Origin: Wolbachia endosymbiont of Cimex lectularius
GTDB taxonomy: Bacteria > Pseudomonadota > Alphaproteobacteria > Rickettsiales > Anaplasmataceae
Assembly: GCF_000829315.1 (NCBI RefSeq)
Contig: NZ_AP013028.1
Coordinates: forward strand, 570,001-602,000
Direction of reading: 5' to 3'
DNA length: 32,000 nt
Notes under the pieces: generated by a model
Database searches by the model: none
What the model was told of the DNA's origin: nothing
Seen by the model: only the letters and a program-made list of their open reading frames with translations
Part shown: positions 1 through 9,512 of the stretch, in pieces
Position numbering within the stretch: position 1 is the stretch's first letter
How the letters are laid out: every line of letters starts with the position of its first letter
Position numbers and translations under genes: made by a program

Positions 1-15
1 AAGCTGTGGCATGTG

Positions 16-243
16 TTAAGCAACAAACATCAATAACATTGCAAGGAGAAACGCAAGTAACCCCATAAATTCAACCATAGCAGCACCAATATAAACGTAA
101 ATTTTCATTTTACCTTCCGATTCAGGGTTTCTTGCAAGCCCACTTAACATAGTAGAAAATATATTTGCTACACCAAGACCTGCCCCGAACATGCCAAGTA
201 CGCTTAAACCAATCGCTATAAACTTTAAAGCTACTAAATCCAT
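16..243 (-). CDS. atpE: ATP synthase F0 subunit c
   Basis: 75-aa two-helix proteolipid; GLSVLGMFGAGLGVANIFSTMLSGLARNP loop and a membrane acidic residue in VEFMGLLAF. Adjacent to atpB. Confidence 0.96.
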   Translation of the reverse strand: MDLVALKFIAIGLSVLGMFGAGLGVANIFSTMLSGLARNPESEGKMKIYVYIGAAMVEFMGLLAFLLAMLLMFVA

Positions 244-302
244 ATATCACCTTTAACTATTTCTTTATGTATTAATTATAAAATGTTCTAAAGAAAAGTC
301 AA

Positions 303-1028
303 TTACTTTACTGCATCTGACAAATATACGCATGTTAATATAGTAAATATATAAGCCTGTAGAATTGCAACAAACACTTCAAACCCTATTAATGTGATTA
401 TAAATAAAAACGGTATAGGGGTTAGAGTTACGTGCATATCCATAATAAACCCCGCTATCACTTTGATGATCGTATGACCCGCAATCATATTTGCTGCAAG
501 CCTTATTGATAAACTTATAGGCCTTGCCAAGTAGGCAAATAGCTTAATGAAAACCATCATGGGCGCCAGCCATGACGGAGTGCCTTCAGGCAGCAATATG
601 CGTAAAAATTTTACTCCCCTTTCTTTGAATCCAACAACCGTTGTATAAGTAAAAACTACCATCGATAAGGCAAAAGTAACTATCACATGACTTGTAACTG
701 TAAAACTATAAGGAAGAACGCCTACTAAATTACACGACAAAGTGAAAATAAATACTGTAAATATCAACGAAATGTGCTCCAAGCCTTTGCTTCCAGTGTT
801 ACTTTCTATTATTGAAATAACAAAATCGTATACACACTCAACTGCAGCCTGCAAATGTCCTGGTATTACTGATCCTTTCCTTACTCCCAAGAGCAAGAAG
901 AATATAACTGATATTACTGAAATCATCATAAAAAGAGATGAGTTGGTAAAATTTATATCATGCCCAAATAGTTTGGGTAATTCTACTATTGTATGTATCT
1001 TAAACTGTTCTAGCGGATTTAACGCCAT
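303..1028 (-). CDS. atpB: ATP synthase F0 subunit a
   Basis: 241 aa; [20 protein letters not shown] and [21 protein letters not shown] are subunit a signatures; next to atpE on the same strand. Confidence 0.97.
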   Translation of the reverse strand: MALNPLEQFKIHTIVELPKLFGHDINFTNSSLFMMISVISVIFFLLLGVRKGSVIPGHLQAAVECVYDFVISIIESNTGSKGLEHISLIFTVFIFTLSCNLVGVLPYSFTVTSHVIVTFALSMVVFTYTTVVGFKERGVKFLRILLPEGTPSWLAPMMVFIKLFAYLARPISLSIRLAANMIAGHTIIKVIAGFIMDMHVTLTPIPFLFIITLIGFEVFVAILQAYIFTILTCVYLSDAVK

Positions 1029-1136
1029 ATTTCAACCCTATAAACTTAGACTGCAACAGTAAATAAAGTATAAATTTTATAAGGTAAAGTCAAGAGTTAA
1101 GATGATATAGGCTCTGTAGCACAGAGCCCTTTTTAC

Positions 1137-1490
1137 TCACTTCACTTTAAAACCGTAATTTTTAATACTATCTTTGATAGCCTGAATATCTGTTTCGATT
1201 GCAGCTTGAAACTTCACATTTATAGTAGGGTTATCACTTTCATGATCAAATTCAATTTTGTTGATAGACAAATCTTTTTGAAGGTTATCTTCAACACAGC
1301 TAGGAAATGTTAGCATTGTGTAATAAGTCATATCGTTTGGATCATGAGAACGATTATAGTCCAGCAAAGACACAGGGCCTTCCTCATTGTATCCCCATAT
1401 CCGTATAGATTCAGAACCTTCACGATGATTAAAAGAAGACTCAATGTTATATTCATTTGCTGGTAGTTCAAATGTTATTGTGTTATCCAT
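1137..1490 (-). CDS. conserved-looking hypothetical protein, 117 aa
   Basis: Intact ORF between atpB and rsmA on the same strand; no family recognised. Confidence 0.65.
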   Translation of the reverse strand: MDNTITFELPANEYNIESSFNHREGSESIRIWGYNEEGPVSLLDYNRSHDPNDMTYYTMLTFPSCVEDNLQKDLSINKIEFDHESDNPTINVKFQAAIETDIQAIKDSIKNYGFKVK

Positions 1491-1626
1491 AGCATTACCT
1501 AATTAATTAAAACTGTTATTATAATGTTGGTATATTAACAAAATATTTACTAGAGTGGCCAATTATAATCAGCGCTGTATTTCAAAAATTACTAAGTTGT
1601 TTAACATCCCGATTTAACATGCTATC

Positions 1627-2433
1627 TTAACTATTGAACAATTCTTTTTGTATAACATTTGCTAGCAAACAAAATTGTTCAATAGTTAAGTTTTCTGGAC
1701 GTTCGCTACCATTTAATTTAGCGTTTTCAAGAATGGTTTCAGCATGATTTGTTATATTTTGCAAGCTATTTCTTAGCATCTTTCTTCTTTGAGCAAAAAC
1801 AGCGCGCGTTAATTTTGTCAAAGTTTCCAAATTTACTGCAAATCTTTGGGTAGGTAAAGGATTTACTGTAATTACTGAAGAATGCACTTTCGGCCTTGGA
1901 AAAAACTCTTTAGGTTCAATATCAAATTCCTTTCTTATATTGCACAGCAACTGGCTTAGCACCGATAGAGAACCGTAGTCTTTGGAATTAGGTCTTGCTA
2001 TGATGCGATCTGCTACCTCTTTCTGAAACATCAATGTCAAACTTGTAAAAAATTTTATATTGTTTAACCACTTCAAAAATAATGCTACCGAGACATTGTA
2101 AGGTAGATTAGCAATGACTTTGACTGGGCGTTCTATTAGCTTTTCTTCTATAACATGCAGTGCATCCGCTTCTACAATTCTATACCTTCCCTGATGCTCA
2201 TTTAGCAGTTGGTTATGGTATTTCACTAAGTTGCTATCTTTTTCTATAGCAAGCAGAGACTTTGGATTATGTGCCAATATTTCCCTTGTTAATGCACCAT
2301 ACCCAGGACCAATTTCAATAACGTTAAAATCTTCTAGATTACCAGCTAAAACGACTATTTTTTTCGTTATCTCACTCGATAAAATAAAATTTTGCCCTAG
2401 ACTCTTTTTTGGCTTCAATAAAAATTTTCCCAT
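1627..2433 (-). CDS. rsmA: 16S rRNA (adenine(1518)-N(6)/adenine(1519)-N(6))-dimethyltransferase
   Basis: KKSLGQNFI N-terminus, VIEIGPGYGALTREIL SAM motif, ANLPYNVS motif, FPRPKVHSSV. Confidence 0.97.
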   Translation of the reverse strand: MGKFLLKPKKSLGQNFILSSEITKKIVVLAGNLEDFNVIEIGPGYGALTREILAHNPKSLLAIEKDSNLVKYHNQLLNEHQGRYRIVEADALHVIEEKLIERPVKVIANLPYNVSVALFLKWLNNIKFFTSLTLMFQKEVADRIIARPNSKDYGSLSVLSQLLCNIRKEFDIEPKEFFPRPKVHSSVITVNPLPTQRFAVNLETLTKLTRAVFAQRRKMLRNSLQNITNHAETILENAKLNGSERPENLTIEQFCLLANVIQKELFNS

Positions 2434-2519
2434 ATTATTGTATTATGCAGTATTTTGATAATTTTAAAAATTAGTTGACGAAAATTCATTGATAATTGTA
2501 TATTGTTAACGTATTTAAC

Positions 2520-2592
2520 GCCGGCTTAGCTCAATTGGTAGAGCAGCTGACTTGTAATCAGTAGGTTGTCAGTTCAAGTCCGACAGCCGGCA
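2520..2592 (+). tRNA. tRNA-Thr(TGT)
   Basis: 73-nt cloverleaf: acceptor GCCGGCT/AGCCGGC, D-arm AGCTCAATTGGTAGAGCA, anticodon loop CTTGTAA, T-arm with GTTCAAGTC, discriminator A. Confidence 0.95.
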
Positions 2593-2618
2593 CTCTCACC
2601 TAATATAGTAAAAAGCTG

Positions 2619-3320
2619 ATGTCCTTTTTAATAGTAGCAAATTGGAAGATGAATGGAACACGATCTTCGTTCGTTGACTTTATAGGCAAGCTTAACGGCA
2701 AGAGCAATGAAATTACCTCTAAGCTCGTGATTTGTCCACCTTTTACATCATTTCCAGATAACATAAAGCTAAGCAACAGTATTAGTATAGGAGCACAGAA
2801 CTGCCATCATAAAAAATCTGGTTCTTATACAGGTGAAATTAGCGCAGAAATGCTGAAAGAATTAGGATGCACTTACGTAATACTTGGGCATTCTGAAAGA
2901 ACCGACGAAACAGATAGTGAAATAAAGCTTAAATCAGAAACAGCAATAGAGTTGGGCTTACACCCAATAATTTGTGTAGGTGAAAATGTAGAAGATTACA
3001 AGAGTGGAAAAACAAAGGAAGCAATAGAATATCAATGCAAAAACCGCTTGCCAACGCATGGTGAATATACTGTAGCATACGAACCGATATGGGCAATGGG
3101 TACAGGACATGTGCCAAGCAATAATGTAATTGCTGAGGTGATAGAAGTGGTAAAATCCTGCACTGGTAAAAAGCACGTTATATATGGTGGTTCAGTCAGT
3201 TCAGAAAATATAGAAAACTTGTTGAATATATCAAGTTTATCAGGAGTTTTAATTGGTAGTGCAAGCTTAGATTTTGACTGCTTTTATAAAATTGTACAAC
3301 AGGTTGAAAAGGCCTATTAG
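2619..3320 (+). CDS. tpiA: triosephosphate isomerase
   Basis: [31 protein letters not shown] and [10 protein letters not shown] motifs. Confidence 0.97.
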   Translation: MSFLIVANWKMNGTRSSFVDFIGKLNGKSNEITSKLVICPPFTSFPDNIKLSNSISIGAQNCHHKKSGSYTGEISAEMLKELGCTYVILGHSERTDETDSEIKLKSETAIELGLHPIICVGENVEDYKSGKTKEAIEYQCKNRLPTHGEYTVAYEPIWAMGTGHVPSNNVIAEVIEVVKSCTGKKHVIYGGSVSSENIENLLNISSLSGVLIGSASLDFDCFYKIVQQVEKAY

Positions 3321-3399
3321 TTCTGAAATCAGCAATTAAGCGACCTCGCATTGTACCCGTTTAGCGGAGTAGTAGAATGAGATAGACAAGATGCCCTAA

Positions 3400-3860
3400 A
3401 AGTACCCTTTACGGTTGCTTAACACCAATTTTCACTACACAGGAAGTGAATAGACAACAGTGGAAAAAAGTTATAACGTCATCCAATAGAGACGAAAAAA
3501 CTACTTGACAAATTCCAACAATTTCATTATTATAGTAGCAAGGGTATTTCTGACTCAAAACTTGTTTTTGATCTGCAGGCTCAATGACAAAATTCAGTAA
3601 AAAACTCAGGGTATTTTTTGGCGGATTGTATCAAATTATAGCGGCTGCATGTCTTTTTCATTTTTTCTACATTCAGCCAAATTGCGCTTGAACTAAGCGT
3701 CAGCAAATTATTATAGCGCCAATTTAAAGTATTATAGAGTCAAAACTCGCCACTCGGAATTTCTTTGTCTTTTTTTTGCTTGGTAAATTTCTTAAATATT
3801 TATTATCAAAGTAGTATTCCGAGTCCCAGTGTCAAGCACTGGAATGACAGGAGGGGGCCA
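3400..3860 (+). repeat. dispersed noncoding repeat, copy A (related to 12130-12660 and 20200-20660)
   Basis: Shares CACTACACAGRAAG/GACAACAGT with copy B, and CTACTTGACAA plus TTGCTTGGTAAATTTCTTAAATATT with B and C. Confidence 0.7.
3505..3533 (+). promoter_or_regulatory. candidate sigma70 promoter in repeat copy A
   Basis: TTGACA (3505-3510), 17-nt spacer, TATTAT (3528-3533). Confidence 0.5.
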
Positions 3861-3963
3861 CTTTTATGACACCATCATAAAGGAACCAGTGTCCGCTACT
3901 TGGATAACAGGAGGCTAATATGAAAACATAAACTTTCTAAAATTCATTGAGTTATGCTTTAAA

Positions 3964-4538
3964 ATGGTGATGCCGGGATGTGAGTATAACGACTATCAAT
4001 ATATGAAAATCATAGCAGACAGGCTGGAAGCGACAAGTGCCAGTGAAGTGAGGCGCATAATATTCAATATGCCGCCGCGCTCGATGAAGTCCATGTGCGT
4101 CAGTGTTGCATGGCCCGCGTGGATACTGGGAAATCAACCAACTGCGAGAATAATAGTTGCAAGCTATTCTCAGCGGCTGAGCGAAAAGCACTCACTCGAC
4201 ACAAGGTGTATAATGCAGTCTGGTTGGTATAAGGAGCTATTTCCGGAGGTAGAACTATCCAAAGAGCAAAACACCAAATACAAATTTCAAACAGTGCAGA
4301 GAGGATACAGAATTGCAACATCTGTTGGTGGAACATTAACCGGTGAAGGCGGTGATTTCATTATCGTGGATGATCCACTGAGTTCAGTCCAAGCTTTGAG
4401 TGAAACGCTTAGAAAGCGTGCTACAAACTGGTTCGACCAGACTTTAGTAAGCAGGCTCAACAATAGAAAAAAAGGAGTTATTGTCCTTGTGATGTACAGG
4501 CTACATCAAGAGGACTTAACCGGACACCTTCTCTCTAA
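3964..4538 (+). pseudogene. phage terminase large subunit fragment, interrupted by an IS element
   Basis: NMPPRSMKSMCVSVAWPAWILG (ATPase Walker A-like), GGDFIIVDDPLS (Walker B), MYRLHQEDLTGHLLSK. The last codons of the 3964..4566 ORF are IS sequence (LFKILEM). Confidence 0.88.
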
Positions 4539-4594
4539 GAACCTGTTTAAAATCTTGGAAATGTGAGGTAAAGTAAGCATAGATTAATAATGAG

Positions 4595-4915
4595 GTGTCT
4601 ATGCAGAAAAGTTATCCAAGTAATATAAGTCAAGAGCAGTTTGAAAAAATCAGGCCAATTTTGGAGAGTAGCAAGCAGAAAACAAAACCAAGAAAACTTG
4701 ATTTGTATGATGTATTTTGTGGGGTGTTGTACGTCTTAAAAAGTGGTTGTCAGTGGAGGATGTTACCAAAGGGTTTTCCAAGATGGGAAAGCGTATATTA
4801 CTATTTTCGAGTGTGGAGTAAAAAGAATGGAGAAGAGCCAAGCTTGTTGGAATTAGTCTTAAAAAAAATTAGTTGGAGAGGTCCGTATCAGCAATGGTCG
4901 GAAAGAGAAAACTAG
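4595..4915 (+). CDS. IS5-family transposase ORF A
   Basis: 106 aa; LDLYDVFCGVLYVLKSGCQWRMLPKGFPRWESVYYYFRVW is the N-terminal domain of IS5-family transposases. Confidence 0.92.
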   Translation: MSMQKSYPSNISQEQFEKIRPILESSKQKTKPRKLDLYDVFCGVLYVLKSGCQWRMLPKGFPRWESVYYYFRVWSKKNGEEPSLLELVLKKISWRGPYQQWSEREN

Positions 4916-5033
4916 CTTTTGTATAATTGATTCTCAAAGCGTTAAAAACGCAGATACTGCTGAAAAAAAAGGCTATGATGCAGGTAAAAAGATTTCAGGG
5001 ATAAAGCGCCATATTGCAGTTGATACACAAGGT

Positions 5034-5390
5034 TTGCCACATGCAATTTATGTAACAACGGCAGAAGCAACTGACCGTAGCAGTGCTGTGAAAATGGTCG
5101 AAAATGCTAAAGCAAACCTCTCTGAAGTTAAAAACATACTGGTTGATGCTGGCTACACAGGAGAAAATTTTGCAACACAAATAAAAGCTATCATTGGTGC
5201 GACTGTTGAAGTAATAAAGCGAAGTGAGTTACACACTTTCGTCGTATTGCCAAAAAGATGGGTTGTTGAACGCTCTTTTGCCTGGTTAGAAAAGTGCAGG
5301 CGATTGTGGAAAAATTGCGAGCGGAAGCTCAACACTAGCTTACAGATGATAGTCCTCTCCTTCATTTCTCTCCTGTTACGAAGATTTTAA
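5034..5390 (+). CDS. IS5-family transposase ORF B
   Basis: KNILVDAGYTGENFATQIKA and LPKRWVVERSFAWLEKCRRLWKNCER (DDE C-terminal region). The open frame extends upstream without a start (IDSQSVKNADTAEKKGYDAGKK) and is +1 relative to ORF A. Confidence 0.9.
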   Translation: MPHAIYVTTAEATDRSSAVKMVENAKANLSEVKNILVDAGYTGENFATQIKAIIGATVEVIKRSELHTFVVLPKRWVVERSFAWLEKCRRLWKNCERKLNTSLQMIVLSFISLLLRRF

Positions 5391-5398
5391 ACAGGTTC

Positions 5399-5721
5399 TA
5401 AGACTAATTCCAACAAGCTTGGCTCTTCTCCATTCTTTTTACTCCACACTCGAAAATAGTAATATACGCTTTCCCATCTTGGAAAACCCTTTGGTAACAT
5501 CCTCCACTGACAACCACTTTTTAAGACGTACAACACCCCACAAAATACGTCATACAAATCAAGTTTTCTTGGTTTTGTTTTCTGCTTGCTACTCTCCAAA
5601 ATTGGCCTGATTTTTTCAAACTGCTCTTGACTTATATTACTTGGATAACTTTTCTGCATAGACACCTCATTATTAATCTATGCTTACTTTACCTCACATT
5701 TCCAAGATTTTAAACAGGTTC
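5399..5721 (-). mobile_element. partial IS5-family element (5'-end remnant, about 323 bp)
   Basis: ORF 5387..5665 (-) is identical to ORF A through ELVL and then breaks at the end of the neighbouring IS. One terminal repeat (ending CAGGTTC at 5721) is retained. Confidence 0.92.
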
Positions 5722-5857
5722 TAAGATTAATCTCTACCAGGAAGGATGTTATGCCAGTGCCCAGACACTAGTATCCAGAAATTTTACCAAGTAGGTGAGC
5801 ATAAAAGTAGCTGTTTTATGTTAAAATATGACGTTTTGATGATTATGGAAAGGATGG

Positions 5858-5881
5858 ATCCCAGTGCCGGAGCACTGGGAT
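5858..5881. repeat. short palindromic intergenic repeat
   Basis: ATCCCAGTGC-CGGA-GCACTGGGAT, perfect 10-bp arms; related copies elsewhere in the window. Confidence 0.85.
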
Positions 5882-6073
5882 GACACCATCTGTTACGCAA
5901 ATTACCTGCTAATTGCAATGTTCGTACAGTTGTGTGTCAAGCACTGGAATGACAAGAAAAGGCTACTTGGATGACAAGAAGAGGATGCGCTGGAATGACA
6001 TCATAGGGATTAGGATGACAGGAAAAGGAGGCACTGGGACGATAGGAGGAGGGATGCATAACAGGAGGAGGGG

Positions 6074-6451
6074 TTACTTGGTGTATTTTTGTATCAGAAA
6101 ACACCCTATTAGCAGAATTGTGAGTGGAATAACCCATAAAACATAAGTACTAGATTTTACAGGCGGAACAATTATAATTGAATCTCCATAAGAATTTTTT
6201 AGCTCTGAGATTATTTGCTCGTTAGTATGTCCATCACTGATCTTTTTACGAATCGTCTTGCGCATATCGTGTGCAATCTTAGATTCGGATTCAGATAATG
6301 ACTCACCAGAACATATTGGACACTTTATTATTTCAAATAAATTAGTTGCTCGCTTTTCAATACTTTTGTCTATGAGTTTATCATCCAAAGTAAAAGCGTT
6401 TATGCTTAAGTGGAATGTCAATGTAAAAAGTAAGCTAACTACCGCTTTCAT
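6074..6451 (-). CDS. ccmH: cytochrome c-type biogenesis protein CcmH
   Basis: 125 aa; signal-like N-terminus, LFEIIKCPICSGESLSESES (CxxC), AHDMRKTIRKKISDGHTNEQII, C-terminal TM. Confidence 0.93.
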   Translation of the reverse strand: MKAVVSLLFTLTFHLSINAFTLDDKLIDKSIEKRATNLFEIIKCPICSGESLSESESKIAHDMRKTIRKKISDGHTNEQIISELKNSYGDSIIIVPPVKSSTYVLWVIPLTILLIGCFLIQKYTK

Positions 6452-7493
6452 TCTTGGTTAGCTCAATGACTTTACTTAGTTGGTTCATAAAATCAGTGGT
6501 AGATAACTTTCCAATAAAACTTGACCCTACATCATCGTCGTATTTTATTGAAAATTGAATGCTGTCGTCAGTTGTTTTTTCTGATAAGGAAGATATTAAC
6601 TTTTCAAATGCATCTGAAGCTTTTAAGTGATTTTTCTCACCAGTTAAAAGCGGGATCAATTCCTTGTAATTTGACACAGCCACGTTGATTTTATTTTTAA
6701 ATGAAGATGTAACCAGATTGTAATTGTTTATTCCACCGTCTGCAGTAAGAGAAAAATTATTACTCTGAACTAAAAATTTTTCTATGTTGAAATTAATTCT
6801 GGAAGCTGAAATGTGGTTTACAAATTCATAATTAAATTTAGTGTCGATATTAAGATAACTTTCGGGACTTGCAGTATTTTTATACCGGTAAGTATAAAAA
6901 TCAAATCCTAGCTTAACATTTCCATTCAGTTCTTTGTTGAGGTGAATTTGAATGTAATTACTTTTATCGTTCACTTCAGTTATAACACTCTGCTGATTTT
7001 CTGAATCAGCTGCAACATCACATCTCAGTCCATGATCTTCGTAACGAAGTGTGTCTATATAGTCTATCATGGTGCCATTTCTGTCAAACCTTAGCGAAGA
7101 TGGTAAATCGTTTAGTTTTACAACAAAGTGATTGTTATTGTTTGTGTGACATTTTATATTCTTTGTTTCATCGCCATGAATGGTGATATTGATTTCATTG
7201 CTTGGTATGTAGATATATACTGATTTATCGAATAATTTATTTTTTATCACTAAAGTTTCTGATGAGATAGTTAATTGCTCACTGGAGAACTTCGGGTTTG
7301 TTACGTGGAAGATTAGACTAGAAGGGAATCCGCTAAAATCATGTGAAATATCAAATTTTTCGTCGTTAATGTATAGTATTGTTTCCGCTAAAAGATTTTT
7401 TATTTTACATGCAGAAAAATACCAAAACCCACTATAAGCTGCGGGGATAAATAAAAGTAAAGAGATGATAATATAGATAAAAACCTTACGCAC
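6435..7493 (-). CDS. predicted exported/membrane-anchored hypothetical protein, possibly DUF2125-like
   Basis: 352 aa; N-terminal TM, FSGFPSSLIFHVTNPKF and long beta-rich body; overlaps ccmH start. Confidence 0.7.
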   Translation of the reverse strand: MRKVFIYIIISLLLFIPAAYSGFWYFSACKIKNLLAETILYINDEKFDISHDFSGFPSSLIFHVTNPKFSSEQLTISSETLVIKNKLFDKSVYIYIPSNEINITIHGDETKNIKCHTNNNNHFVVKLNDLPSSLRFDRNGTMIDYIDTLRYEDHGLRCDVAADSENQQSVITEVNDKSNYIQIHLNKELNGNVKLGFDFYTYRYKNTASPESYLNIDTKFNYEFVNHISASRINFNIEKFLVQSNNFSLTADGGINNYNLVTSSFKNKINVAVSNYKELIPLLTGEKNHLKASDAFEKLISSLSEKTTDDSIQFSIKYDDDVGSSFIGKLSTTDFMNQLSKVIELTKNESGS

Positions 7494-7495
7494 AG

Positions 7496-7855
7496 CTAAT
7501 CATTCCCTTGTTTATCAAGCGATATGTTTCTTGTTCCCCTTGGTATGGTTAGACACAAGCCATCAATATCTTTTGTAATTTTTATTTGGCACCCAAGCCT
7601 TGATGTCTCTGTCAAGCCAAAAGCTAGATCTAACATATCATTTTCCTCATCAGATATAGGATTATACATTTCTACAGCATCGTAAAATTTCGGATCAACG
7701 ATTACATGGCATGTAGAGCAGGCAAGAGAACCTTCACATGCGCCTTCAAGCAAGTCTGGGTCGTTTCTGTGAGCTAAGTTAAGCAGAGTCTCTCCCTCTG
7801 CAGCTTCATAACTTTTCTTACTTCCATCAGGTAAAATAAAAGTGACGGATGGCAT
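7496..7855 (-). CDS. fdx: adrenodoxin-type [2Fe-2S] ferredoxin
   Basis: LEGACEGSLACSTCHVIVD and ENDMLDLAFGLTETSRLGCQI cysteine pattern. Confidence 0.94.
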   Translation of the reverse strand: MPSVTFILPDGSKKSYEAAEGETLLNLAHRNDPDLLEGACEGSLACSTCHVIVDPKFYDAVEMYNPISDEENDMLDLAFGLTETSRLGCQIKITKDIDGLCLTIPRGTRNISLDKQGND

Positions 7856-7967
7856 ATTACTTTCCTATTAAAACCCTTACTAACTTTTCTATATTCTACA
7901 GGTAATAATTAACATTTGCAAATTCTTTACGTTAAGCCTATTATATAACATCTTCCGAAAACAAGTA

Positions 7968-9506
7968 ATGCAACTGAACAAATACAAAAATCAAAATGTT
8001 GCGGTTTTTGGTCTTGGTAAAACTGGTTTGTCCGTTATTAACGCTCTAATGAAGAGCGGTGCAAGAATATATGCGTGGGATGATAACGAAGAGCAAATAG
8101 CAGATGCAAAAATGATGTATCGGGGGTGTAATTTTATTCATCCCAGAGAATATAATTGGCATGAAATAGGAACGTTGATTTTAAGCCCTGGAGTGCCAAT
8201 TTCATATCTAACGCCGCATTGGATAGTGAAACTTGCAAGAAGCGTTGACTGCAAAATAAAATCGGATATTGAGCTATTTCTTGAAACTAAAACTGCAAAT
8301 CAGAAGGTAATAGGTGTCACAGGAACAAATGGCAAGTCAACCACTGTGTCACTAATAGGGCACGTATTAAAATCTGCAGGGAAAAAGGTAGCTATTGGTG
8401 GAAATTTAGGTGTTCCTGTTTTGGAGCTAGAAAGAGATGCAGAAATTTATGTAATTGAGTTCTCCTCTTTTCAATTGGAGTTGATGAATGAAATTAACGT
8501 GGACATTGCAGTGTTGCTCAACATTACACCAGACCACATAGACAGACATGGAAGTATGGAGAATTATATAGCAACTAAATTGAAACTGATAAACGGTAGT
8601 GAGACTGCCGTGATAGGGTGTGGTAACAAAATTACCGCTGATGCATTCAACAAATTCACTGGGAACAAGATTCCAATTTTAGGGACATACTTTCCGGTGT
8701 CATTCCAGCGCGTGACGCTGGAATCCAGAAAAGAAAAACCACTGTCAGTTACTCAAATGATAGAGGGTGGTACAAGAGGTCTAATATCATTGATAGGTAA
8801 TAATTTGCTTGACTATAGTGAACAGATTACTGGTACAGAACAAAATTGCCTGGATCCCAGTGTCAGCTACTTGGATGACAAAAAAGGTGCTGCGATCCAG
8901 AAAAACTTGATAAAGTTAGAGAATTATAACTTATCAATAAATGACGTGAAAATAAACTTAACATCCAACGCAGAAAATATAGCAGCCGCATATACCGTAT
9001 GTAAGCTGCTTAAAATAGATAACAACACTATTATTGATGGAATCAAATCCTTTCCAGGTTTGAAACACAGAAATGAATTACTTGGCAAAATAGAAAATGT
9101 GTTTTTTGTGAACGATAGCAAAGCAACTAATGCCAAGTCGAGCGAACAAGCGATTTTGTCTTATAAAAACGTATATTGGATTGTTGGCGGAAGAAGTAAA
9201 GAAGGTGGCATAGAGTCACTAAGCAAGCACTTTACAAGAATTAGAAAAGCTTTTCTAATTGGAGAATCAACAGAAGCTTTTGCAAATGTTATGAAGAATA
9301 AAGTAGATTATATGAAGTGTTATGATCTAGAAAACGCATTTAAACTGGCTTTCGAAGAGGCCATAAATAGCAAAGAAGAAGTAACGATATTGCTTTCTCC
9401 TGCATGTTCTTCTTTTGATCAGTGGAAAAATTTTGAAGAACGAGGTGACACATTTTGCAGAATGTTTGAAAATCTCAGGTACAATTACATGTACTGTTTA
9501 GTATAA
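7968..9506 (+). CDS. murD: UDP-N-acetylmuramoylalanine--D-glutamate ligase
   Basis: GLGKTGLS, GVTGTNGKSTTVSLIGHVL, LLNITPDHIDRHGSMENY, FVNDSKATNAKSSEQA, LLSPACSSFDQWKNFEERGDTF. Contains two in-frame repeat-like segments. Confidence 0.96.
   Translation: MQLNKYKNQNVAVFGLGKTGLSVINALMKSGARIYAWDDNEEQIADAKMMYRGCNFIHPREYNWHEIGTLILSPGVPISYLTPHWIVKLARSVDCKIKSDIELFLETKTANQKVIGVTGTNGKSTTVSLIGHVLKSAGKKVAIGGNLGVPVLELERDAEIYVIEFSSFQLELMNEINVDIAVLLNITPDHIDRHGSMENYIATKLKLINGSETAVIGCGNKITADAFNKFTGNKIPILGTYFPVSFQRVTLESRKEKPLSVTQMIEGGTRGLISLIGNNLLDYSEQITGTEQNCLDPSVSYLDDKKGAAIQKNLIKLENYNLSINDVKINLTSNAENIAAAYTVCKLLKIDNNTIIDGIKSFPGLKHRNELLGKIENVFFVNDSKATNAKSSEQAILSYKNVYWIVGGRSKEGGIESLSKHFTRIRKAFLIGESTEAFANVMKNKVDYMKCYDLENAFKLAFEEAINSKEEVTILLSPACSSFDQWKNFEERGDTFCRMFENLRYNYMYCLV
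8702..8724. repeat. palindromic repeat inside murD
   Basis: ATTCCAGCG-CGTGA-CGCTGGAAT, 9-bp arms, read as part of the coding frame (SFQRVTLES). Confidence 0.9.
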
Positions 9507-9512
9507 TGTTGT

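Larger units (their letters stand above)
4539..5398 (+). mobile_element. IS5-family insertion sequence (ISWpi1-like), full copy, 860 bp
   Basis: Terminal inverted repeats GAACCTGTTTAAAATCTT / AAGATTTTAAACAGGTTC; TAA triplet on each side (4536-4538 and 5399-5401); two transposase ORFs. Confidence 0.93.

Noticed and set aside
742-1062. 106-aa plus-strand ORF antisense to atpB
   Set aside because: Fully explained by the conserved atpB coding strand; the same applies to antisense ORFs in rsmA, tpiA, recJ, fumC, atpD and pstC.
3320-3960. Possible CRISPR-like or phage-defence array in the repeat-rich intergenic region
   Set aside because: Repeats are palindromes and dispersed elements without regular spacing or unique spacers, and no cas genes are present.
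5913-6146. Overlapping 66- and 77-aa ORFs in both strands upstream of ccmH
   Set aside because: Low-complexity GGAxGACA-type repeat sequence; no protein-like features.
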